From a virus (lineage: Duplodnaviria > Caudoviricetes), in the IMG/VR virus record IMGVR_UViG_3300030104_000504, positions 1 to 51,912 of that record: a DNA stretch of 51,912 nucleotides. One strand, 5' to 3'. The notes under the pieces were generated by a model. It saw only the letters and a program-made list of their open reading frames with translations, had not been told where the DNA came from and did not search any database. Positions 45,301-51,912 of the stretch are shown in pieces. Position 1 is the first letter of the stretch. The number at the start of each line of letters is the position of its first letter. A program made the position numbers and the translations under genes.

Positions 45301-45617
45301 GCAGCGTCCCTTCTTGCTTTTAGTCTATCTCTTACTGGAGTTTTATCATCAAGAGGATTAAGAGCCTGATACATTTTTTTCCACACACCAGCTTCAGCAG
45401 ACTCTCCCATACTTGATCCTTTAAGATCTCTTTCAACTTGATCAGGAGCAACAGTATCTGGCCCTGCTCCTCCTTTAGTATCTGAATCTCCTTTAATTTT
45501 ACTTATTATTTTTTTTCCAGGATACCAACCTGTGTAAGCTTTAACACGCCCCTTTCTTTTTTGCTGTAAAGATTTTAAAACCTTTTTAGTATTTCTGGAT
45601 GCTCTTTTCTTACTCAT
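42351..45617 (-). CDS. Long Gln/Ala/Asn-rich coiled-coil virion protein (ejection tube-like), 1088 aa
   Basis: C-terminal half has 11-residue periodicity (ANLSNDQQMRL/ANLTAQNQASA/DNLNAAQQTEL). Confidence 0.7.
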   Translation of the reverse strand: MSKKRASRNTKKVLKSLQQKRKGRVKAYTGWYPGKKIISKIKGDSDTKGGAGPDTVAPDQVERDLKGSSMGESAEAGVWKKMYQALNPLDDKTPVRDRLKARRDAAERTTSEDVEANYTPVVENATEPGNNEITSNQGNDIVRQNVGNVQSVTGNFTGPSSGGSSNSSFSAGEQSRSNLAEPEVDVWDGISRPERRMFPAGKAGMEAYKEALAAWKKGKDIGGDDGDDDSGGDVAELTDKEERLKATAERTENIATGSTPDDMIKDADVETLDVGSITEDSTNAEKLKAGISTDVKSVADREDTTFTKVDDPDVITAESGTAETADDATQVTAKTYDAVTAGAVDPTEAAEGEVSKEVEAGQATLTEAEAAERDAAQEEAAKASKTDFQISDEPGKSAYVPEVTFRDGVNVAPTKEAEAKTREAITGTPAEDGQAAQIIDTVGYEAAKRRTVTGEAARGGAASMIAEVGELPPEITAAVVEDPATVEAQIDEQPVEVRAAIAALPTEALVSSQMETLLAGMDDGNTPAWARPAVAAIEQQMAQRGLSASSVGRDALFNAIIQSALPIAQSNAQALQSRAAQNLSNQQQANLAQSTQDMQRRMANLSNRQTAASQTAQYAQQMATLQSQFTQQAILTTAEQQQQTRTQNLANRQQAAVLNAQQQQATNAQNLGNEQQLELAELQFANETERENMTAENQRRLAEMNVAADFLSKNAGFKQQMELANLSNDQQMRLANLTAQNQASADNLNAAQQTELANLNTRMQTNLLQAQIAERMGVAQLNVDQQRAIQNAAMVANVDLTKFNADQQVELANSKFMQNMTMKDLDNRQQTVIQNATLQAQMDMANADNRTKASIANAQNFLSMDIANLNNEQQAIMLDQRMEQDRLLSDQAAKNAALQFNAKSETQVDQFNAGLASEIDRFNSSQKNLMEQFNVSEANKAEAINVENQIKVDSINSELGAKVNMFDQELQYRADAWNAANAQAVEQSNIEWRRKANTIDTAAQNAANQQGAGFAFNLTNNAQNALWQEMRDQAAFDQQSSQSAKDRALNLLNAALGNDTFLKAKSDSSLGQARTKIFNMISKILAEV

Positions 45618-45626
45618 ATAATTATC

Positions 45627-45863
45627 TTATTGAATCATTGAAGTTAAAATAGCAGCAGAAGTTGTTACTACTACAGTTATTACTAACCATGAAAGTTTTT
45701 CCCATCTTTTTGCGTGATTGTCCGTTGCCTTTCGTAACTCTCTTAGCTCTACTGTACACTCTGCCCAACGCTCACCACATTCTTTTTCATGGTGTGCAAT
45801 ACGATCTAAAGCTTCTAAAGCTATATCCATTTCTGTTTTTACTGCCATTTGTAAACTACTCAC
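45627..45863 (-). CDS. Small coiled-coil + TM protein
   Basis: HEKECGERW motif, C-terminal hydrophobic helix. Confidence 0.7.
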   Translation of the reverse strand: MSSLQMAVKTEMDIALEALDRIAHHEKECGERWAECTVELRELRKATDNHAKRWEKLSWLVITVVVTTSAAILTSMIQ

Positions 45864-46024
45864 TTGTCCTTTGCTAATCCTACATTAAGTGCAATCATAT
45901 CTATAAACTTATAAGCCTTTGCAACCCATTCATCGTCTTTAGGTGTAGGGGTTACTGCTGCAACTGCTGAAGCTAAAGCTACTGCTGCTGTTACAATGTT
46001 AAATATGTCTAATATTATTTCCAT
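45860..46024 (-). CDS. Small membrane protein, holin-like (54 aa, not in track)
   Basis: MEIILDIFNIVTAAVALASAVAAVTPTPKDD...ALNVGLAKDK. Confidence 0.7.
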   Translation of the reverse strand: MEIILDIFNIVTAAVALASAVAAVTPTPKDDEWVAKAYKFIDMIALNVGLAKDK

Positions 46025-46285
46025 CTATCCCGGCCCTCCTGATTCTAAATGTGCTTTGTGTTTAGCCTTGGCATCATCTGTAAAGTAAATCTCAGCTAGT
46101 TTTTTAACTTCATCTGATTCTCCACTAACGTCATCGTTAGGTGCAACTACATGACGATGAAAGTTTCTGGATAGTTCTGCTCCGTCATCAGTTACTATAG
46201 TAGCTGTACGGACTTGGATAACTTTCCAATCACCTACGTCTACTATTTCTATCTTGTCTTGTTTTGTTGATTTTTCTAAAGCCAT
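46025..46285 (-). CDS. Small fibre-associated protein / chaperone
   Basis: DKIEIV...IQVRTAT....DG.ELSR.FHRHV; follows fibre 3. Confidence 0.65.
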   Translation of the reverse strand: MALEKSTKQDKIEIVDVGDWKVIQVRTATIVTDDGAELSRNFHRHVVAPNDDVSGESDEVKKLAEIYFTDDAKAKHKAHLESGGPG

Positions 46286-46337
46286 AGTTTTCTCCTTGTG
46301 TGTCTGTGCTTATCGTCCAATAAGCATAAGTTTGAAT

Positions 46338-47480
46338 TTAAACATGGTAGCTAAGTGTGCCTGTAACATAAGTTCCACTAGAACTTGCAGCATGGTCTTG
46401 CCAAGTTAGTTGCGGCCAAGTGCTACCACTAGATGTAGCGTAAAGAGACAAAGTAGTATCATTAGAAGTAGGTATAAGAAAAGGAACACCGTTGTTACCA
46501 TAAGTCACCATGTAAGTAACGCAAGGTGTGTAGTATCCATTTGTAGAAGCGTTAATTGTGTAAGGTAATCCTGAAATCACAATCCCTCCACTGGGGCTAT
46601 TTGTCCAAGATCTACCTACATAAAATGTAATCCAAACACGATTGCCAATCTTGGTATAACGCCCTGAAGGTGCTAATGCGCCGCCTCCTGTTGGATTTGT
46701 AGAACCTCCTGAAATAAGAACGGGAGTCCATGTACCGTCTTCGTAGTCGTCTAAAGTCTCAGTTCCAAGACCTGCTAAACCCGGAGCATTAGAAGTAGCA
46801 CCAAAATCTATTCCGTGTCCTGATGCAAAATATAAATTTCCATCGGTTATCTCAACATTACCACCATCCTTAACTACAAAAGCCCCTGCATTAGTATTAG
46901 TTCCTAGCTTTAAATCACCTGTTGAATTTTCAAACTCCATTACAAAGGCATCTTTTGCTGCTGTTTCCATGCGGAGTTTATTATCACCACTTGCTACTTT
47001 AAGATGTAAAGGTAAACCACCGGGATCACTAACTCCAATACCTACTGCACCATTAGAACCCTGAACAAATAAAGCATGAGCATCATTATCAGACTCAACA
47101 CGGAAATCTATATCACCTGAGTCCTGATTAAATACAGTCTCACTACTTGAAAGTTCTAATCTATTTAATGCACTTCCTCCAGAGTACATATTCAAATTTA
47201 ATTTCATGCTTTCAGAACCGTCAGAAACATCTGTAGCAAATGTATTTATATAACCATAAGCCACCTTTTCATCAGCATCATTTTCAGCATAAATATTAGA
47301 TTGAAAAAGAACATCATTATCTGCTGGAGAAGATGAGTTACGATAAAAATCAAGAATTGGCCCACCATTAGCATCTGCATCAGTGCTGCTTAATGTTAAA
47401 TTTGTAGAGTTATCAGTAGTGCTAATAGTAATACCAGCATCAAAGTCTACTACGTCTGGTGAAATTTTAGTTATTGACAT
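46338..47480 (-). CDS. Secondary tail fibre / receptor-binding protein
   Basis: DFRVESD module, LDDYEDGTWTP, GRYTKIGNRV, GLPY tip domain. Confidence 0.8.
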   Translation of the reverse strand: MSITKISPDVVDFDAGITISTTDNSTNLTLSSTDADANGGPILDFYRNSSSPADNDVLFQSNIYAENDADEKVAYGYINTFATDVSDGSESMKLNLNMYSGGSALNRLELSSSETVFNQDSGDIDFRVESDNDAHALFVQGSNGAVGIGVSDPGGLPLHLKVASGDNKLRMETAAKDAFVMEFENSTGDLKLGTNTNAGAFVVKDGGNVEITDGNLYFASGHGIDFGATSNAPGLAGLGTETLDDYEDGTWTPVLISGGSTNPTGGGALAPSGRYTKIGNRVWITFYVGRSWTNSPSGGIVISGLPYTINASTNGYYTPCVTYMVTYGNNGVPFLIPTSNDTTLSLYATSSGSTWPQLTWQDHAASSSGTYVTGTLSYHV

Positions 47481-47494
47481 TTATGTTTTCTCCT

Positions 47495-47755
47495 TTAATC
47501 AGACAAAGAACTATCTGACGGATCAAAAGTTTTTCCTAGTACTGAAAACTGTGCTTGCCATTCGTTGATTTCTGCTAGTGAGGCATCATAAGCATCCTTA
47601 ACATAGCTCTCGTCACTTTTGCCATCCACAATAGTTATTTTTTTGTCTACTATAAAAATGTGGTTTTTGTCATCAACAACCTCCAAACCAACCATTTTCT
47701 TTGTGTTGTCTTCAGTGTCGTTATAAAACTTATCTATTTTAATTTTTAGTGCCAT
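47495..47755 (-). CDS. Small fibre-associated protein / chaperone
   Basis: 86 aa, AGGAG RBS, follows fibre 2. Confidence 0.6.
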   Translation of the reverse strand: MALKIKIDKFYNDTEDNTKKMVGLEVVDDKNHIFIVDKKITIVDGKSDESYVKDAYDASLAEINEWQAQFSVLGKTFDPSDSSLSD

Positions 47756-47763
47756 GTCTTCTC

Positions 47764-48924
47764 CTAAAGGTTGTAGTTCCAGTTACCAGCCCCATAAACC
47801 ATGATGTTTAAGTTTTTGGAACTACCTAGTCTATTTTTAAATGAAATATTATGACCGCTGACGATTACACAATATTTATTATCTGTGTCTGATGTTGCAA
47901 AGTTGCTAACTGACTGACTAACAATAGAAGCATGACCATAGCCAACATGAAACAAACAAGTATCTCCAGATGCGCCGTCATAAACTACTAACAAAGCACC
48001 GCCAGCCGTAGCTGTTCCTGCAAGTGCTATAGTTTTAGTTGCATCGTCAGCTAAAGTGACATAATTCATGCCGCCTGTAATGTTTCCAAACGAAGATCCA
48101 CCAATCCGCAAACCACCATCACTTTGGAGAATCATCCTTTGCGTTGCAGCCGCAGCACCATCAGCCGTAGTACTAAATACAAGTCTTCCGGGCATATCAT
48201 TAGTACCCGGAGTTCCATCCACAAACGCTTGGATTGAAGCACCTACTGGAGCAAGATCACCACCATCTGCCCCTGCAAACATTATCTGACCAAGAATGTC
48301 ACTATCTTGAACGACAGTGACTGCGCCTGTAGAAGTACCCCTACTTTTAGATAAAATTAGATAAGGGCCACCAGAATCATTTGAATTTCTTGTAGCACTA
48401 ATCGAGCTGGTAGCAGAACCAGTACCATGAACTTGAAATTGAGGTGCTACACCAGCTTGGCTTACTGTAGTAGTATGATTAATTATTACTTTGTCATTAC
48501 CACCGTCTACAAAAAGAGCATGGCTTAGTCCATTACTCTCTACACGAAAATCACTATCAGCACTTGCTTCGTTTATGATTACTGCTTCATTAGTGATATC
48601 TAATCTATTCTTACTATTCCCATTAATCATTGTGTTAAAAATTAATCTTCCATCTTCACTTCCATCAGAAACATCTAAAGCTATAGATCGAATATTAGCT
48701 AAAATAGTTTCTTCACCAGCATCATTATCTGCTTTAAATCGAAACATTCCTAAAGCGTCATTATCAGCAGGAGAAGATGAATCTCTAACAAGATCAAATA
48801 TCGGGCCATTAGAACTGTCTGCGTCAGTACTTTTAATAGTTAAAGCTGCACTATTATCGTCAACAGTAATAGTAACCCCATCATCAAGAGTAACTAGCTC
48901 TACTGGTATTGTCGTTAACGCCAT
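47764..48924 (-). CDS. Secondary tail fibre / receptor-binding protein
   Basis: N-terminal ~140 aa paralogous to 46338..47480; KSRG...DMPGRLVFSTTADG module. Confidence 0.8.
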   Translation of the reverse strand: MALTTIPVELVTLDDGVTITVDDNSAALTIKSTDADSSNGPIFDLVRDSSSPADNDALGMFRFKADNDAGEETILANIRSIALDVSDGSEDGRLIFNTMINGNSKNRLDITNEAVIINEASADSDFRVESNGLSHALFVDGGNDKVIINHTTTVSQAGVAPQFQVHGTGSATSSISATRNSNDSGGPYLILSKSRGTSTGAVTVVQDSDILGQIMFAGADGGDLAPVGASIQAFVDGTPGTNDMPGRLVFSTTADGAAAATQRMILQSDGGLRIGGSSFGNITGGMNYVTLADDATKTIALAGTATAGGALLVVYDGASGDTCLFHVGYGHASIVSQSVSNFATSDTDNKYCVIVSGHNISFKNRLGSSKNLNIMVYGAGNWNYNL

Positions 48925-48940
48925 ATATTATTCTCCCTAA

Positions 48941-49216
48941 TTAAAGGCTACTAGCCTCGTCACGCTCTTTGCGTGTCTTGTAATCATCTCTGCCAGTTAC
49001 CAAGGTTACAAAGTCTGCTTGGTTGCTTGGGATAGGATCTGTGAAGCTATCGTCGTTCATAAGCTTTGTTGTCCACTCAGTCTGCATACGCTTCCAGCAG
49101 TTGTTTTGCTTACCTGCTACTGCATCCTCTATCCATGTTTTAATGTCCAGCAAATCATTGTTCATGATTGCTTGCATTGTGTCGTTAATTGTTATTTCTA
49201 CTTTTAAATCTGCCAT
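48941..49216 (-). CDS. Small fibre-associated protein / chaperone
   Basis: 91 aa, AAGGAG RBS, follows main fibre. Confidence 0.6.
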   Translation of the reverse strand: MADLKVEITINDTMQAIMNNDLLDIKTWIEDAVAGKQNNCWKRMQTEWTTKLMNDDSFTDPIPSNQADFVTLVTGRDDYKTRKERDEASSL

Positions 49217-49253
49217 GTTACATCTCCTTTAAGATGGGTTATTTCGCCTGTTG

Positions 49254-51911
49254 TTAAGCTACTAAGTAGCCTGAAAAATAAGATTCAGTGTTTAAGTCCA
49301 TTTGTGCAGTACCACCTTGTTGTCTGATATTTACAAGGGCTGTATCACTAGCATCCATATCAGCTAAAACACTTAGGTTAATAGTATGTGTTGCGGAAGT
49401 TTGGTCTAATCCTCCAGCGTCAAAATAAGTTTGAAATACTCTGTTTGAACAAGTAATAGTCATGTAAACGTAGTCACAGTCTGCTGGCATATCAATTAGT
49501 AACATATTCGCATTAAGCTGGTATCTTCCTGTAACAGGTGCAGTAAATGTGTAAGTTGAGTCATTAAAATCTGCGTTGTTATCAAAAACTTCATTGTTAA
49601 AATACACAGTATAATTAGTATTAATCGCATAATTAGTTGCTGCTGCCGCTCTTACAAGAAACGCTGGTTGCAATGGCATGGTAACGTGGCCGTTAGCGTC
49701 AATATTTTGTGCTAAGTTTCCACTAGTATAAATTTGAACATTTGCTGCCTCACGCTGAATAATTCTAAAATCTTCTGAATCATCTAAAGCCAAATCAACG
49801 CCATCACCATTTGCTGAACCAGTATCACTATTTGATATTTTTATTGCAGCACTCGCACTTCCGTATAAATGTAAAGTGTTTGAGTAATAACTAGTTGGAC
49901 TTGCAGTTCCAATTCCTACTTTTCCATCTTTATCAATGGTCATTCTATTAGAAGCATTAACTGTAAAGCCCATTGCTTCAGAACCAGACGTAGTGTTGTA
50001 AGTAATTATTCCATCGTCTGCATCACCTGAATGTCCAAAGTTAATTGCTAATACAGAAGAGCTTCCACCTAAAATACTTAGCTCTGTATTATCGTCATCT
50101 TCAACAATTAATACAGAACCTGCTGTTGCTGTTGCACCGCTTGATGCTTTTTGTATAACTACTTCGTCATTGCCTCCATCCACAAACAACATATTTGCAG
50201 AGCCATTACTTTCAATTCTAAAGTCTCTATCATTAGAACCATCATTGATTACAATGCCTGTAGCATCCATAACCATTTCTTCAGTACCAGCAATATCAAA
50301 TCTTATTTTGTCTTCATCAGAAGACTCTTCAACCTGTATCTTGGTATCACTGTCAGCATCAAGTAGCTGATTAGCAGTAGTGCTAGAAGTATTAGTATTT
50401 GTAATAGCCTCTACCAAGACTCCAGTAGGAGGAGCAGTACTAAAGGTTAGTGTGGTTCCAGAGATTGCATAGTTTGATTTGCTCTGGTAAACCCCATCAA
50501 AGTATACCTGTACGTTATTCTCATGTACAGGAGCTACAGATAACGTCAGTGTTGTATCACTACCATCACCTGTCATTGTATTGATTGTATTATTAGATCC
50601 ACCTACAGTAGTTGTACTATGGTACGCTGTAATGACCCTACCACTTGCAGGAGCAGCACTTAAAGTTAATGTAGTACCTGATACGCTGTAAGCATTGTGT
50701 GCTTGGAATACACCGTCTACAAATACCATAAGGTTTTCTTCATCGTCAGGTGCATTGCTTAATGTAAAGGTTGTAGTAGATCCATCACCAGTATAGGTGT
50801 TGGTATCCATATTTGTACCTCCACCACCTCCTGCTATTGCTCCCCATTCATCTGTATAACCTTCAAATTTACCAGTAGTGCTATTGTACCTAAAGTATCC
50901 TGCTGCTGGAGATCCGGGTCTCTGTGCTGTTGTACCTACAGGTACGTGTATAGCATCTGTAGCACTTCCAATGTCAAGAGAGACATCAGGTGCAGCATTT
51001 AGAATACCTACTCTATTTGCAGATGAATCAACTACTAATGTATTTGAATCCCAATTAAAATCTCCTGTTCCACCTGTCAGTGCAGTAAGAGTTCCTAAAC
51101 TTGTAATGTTTGTTTGTGCAGCAGTCTGTAATGTACCTGTAAGATTGCCTGAGAAGCCTGTAGCAGTCAAAAGACCTGTAGAGGGGTTATAAGTAAGTCC
51201 TGTGTCTGTCTCTGCTCCCTGTGAGCCTGTAGCTCCGTCTACGAATACGGGGTATACTGTTTCATCAGTTGAGTTATTTGCTGAGACTGTGAAGTTATCC
51301 GCTGTACCTGTAGTATCTTGGTTAAGAGTGCCTATAACAAAATCAAGCGTATTGTCTGCGTCTTCATAGGAGACTGTGATATTTGTTTCTGTATTTGAGC
51401 TAACCATAGCTCCTACAGTATCTGCTATGTACTCATTTAAAGCTGTGCCGTCTACTGTAATAGCGTCTGCTTCCAGTGTGCCGTCTATATCAGCGTCACC
51501 ACTAACGTCCAATGTAGCTGCATCTAGCTCACCAGTAATTGTAAAGTTTCTAACGCCTGTATAATCTTTGTTGGAATCTAGTATAACGGCTTTAGAGGCT
51601 ATTGCAGTACCTACTGCTGTACTACCAAGGTCTAGAGCATTAAGCTCTCCTACGACTGCTGTAATCCCGTCTAAGGTATTTATTTCTGCTGTAGTAGCTG
51701 TTACACCGTCAAGTATGTTTAGTTCTGCTGCGGTACTTGTTACACCATCAAGAATATTAAGTTCCGCTGCTGTTGAAGTAACTCCGTCTAGGATGTTAAG
51801 CTCTGCGGCTGTACTGGTTACTCCGTCAAGGATATTTAATTCCGCTGTAGTAACTGTAGCTCCGTCAAGAATCTCCAGTTCAGCTTCAGTAATAGTTGCA
51901 CTGCCTATAAC
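49254..51911 (-). CDS. Main tail fibre, C-terminal part with C1q-like tip (5' truncated by window edge)
   Basis: Frame is open upstream of the track start 51512 to the window end; tip QPAF...FTAPVTGRY...YFSGYLV is C1q/TNF-like. Confidence 0.85.
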   Translation of the reverse strand, partial: VIGSATITEAELEILDGATVTTAELNILDGVTSTAAELNILDGVTSTAAELNILDGVTSTAAELNILDGVTATTAEINTLDGITAVVGELNALDLGSTAVGTAIASKAVILDSNKDYTGVRNFTITGELDAATLDVSGDADIDGTLEADAITVDGTALNEYIADTVGAMVSSNTETNITVSYEDADNTLDFVIGTLNQDTTGTADNFTVSANNSTDETVYPVFVDGATGSQGAETDTGLTYNPSTGLLTATGFSGNLTGTLQTAAQTNITSLGTLTALTGGTGDFNWDSNTLVVDSSANRVGILNAAPDVSLDIGSATDAIHVPVGTTAQRPGSPAAGYFRYNSTTGKFEGYTDEWGAIAGGGGGTNMDTNTYTGDGSTTTFTLSNAPDDEENLMVFVDGVFQAHNAYSVSGTTLTLSAAPASGRVITAYHSTTTVGGSNNTINTMTGDGSDTTLTLSVAPVHENNVQVYFDGVYQSKSNYAISGTTLTFSTAPPTGVLVEAITNTNTSSTTANQLLDADSDTKIQVEESSDEDKIRFDIAGTEEMVMDATGIVINDGSNDRDFRIESNGSANMLFVDGGNDEVVIQKASSGATATAGSVLIVEDDDNTELSILGGSSSVLAINFGHSGDADDGIITYNTTSGSEAMGFTVNASNRMTIDKDGKVGIGTASPTSYYSNTLHLYGSASAAIKISNSDTGSANGDGVDLALDDSEDFRIIQREAANVQIYTSGNLAQNIDANGHVTMPLQPAFLVRAAAATNYAINTNYTVYFNNEVFDNNADFNDSTYTFTAPVTGRYQLNANMLLIDMPADCDYVYMTITCSNRVFQTYFDAGGLDQTSATHTINLSVLADMDASDTALVNIRQQGGTAQMDLNTESYFSGYLVA
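51632..51890 (-). repeat. 39-bp / 13-aa tandem repeat (AELNILDGVTSTA), about 7 copies
   Basis: Hand translation; period 39 (e.g. 51721 versus 51760); codons synonymously diversified. Confidence 0.9.
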
Positions 51912-51912
51912 A

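Noticed and set aside
621-51564. Numerous antisense/off-frame ORFs in the track (e.g. 621..809, 1626..2006, 27747..28166, 37733..38134, 48491..48940)
   Set aside because: They lie inside well-supported genes, lack RBS and show shadow-frame composition.
1-51912. tRNA genes, integrase/lysogeny module, alternative genetic code
   Set aside because: No cloverleaf/T-loop pattern seen in intergenic gaps, no recombinase or repressor motifs recognised, and core genes are intact under the standard code.

Overview
The window is an apparently near-complete (~51 kb) genome of a lytic, podovirus-type dsDNA phage, probably marine and infecting a Shine-Dalgarno/sigma70-using host (inference). It has two arms. 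The + strand arm (13.5-31.0 kb) carries small early genes, a cytosine methyltransferase-like gene, SSB, T7-like primase-helicase, family A DNA polymerase, three nucleases, class I RNR (nrdA/nrdB) and a SleB-type hydrolase. The - strand arm runs from 12.96 kb to base 1 and continues from 51.9 kb to 31.0 kb: terminase, portal, scaffold, capsid, tail tube proteins, three fibre/chaperone pairs, ejection proteins and lysis genes. I recognised no RNA polymerase, integrase, reverse transcriptase, tRNA or CRISPR-Cas locus. The most unusual signal is a 22-bp dyad motif (AAACTTATA-NNN-TATAACTTTT) in six copies, five of them at early gene boundaries. Three copies are exactly 275 bp apart and precede unrelated ORFs of 79, 79 and 78 aa, which looks like a cassette array. 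Other notable signals: back-to-back consensus promoters sharing an inverted repeat, tandem RNA hairpins before the scaffold gene, strong GGWCC avoidance, a shared [FYML]xxGG peptide tag, a probable branched fibre system, and a 55-bp exact end overlap implying circularity plus an alternative fibre allele. All product calls come from motif recognition by eye; no searches were run.
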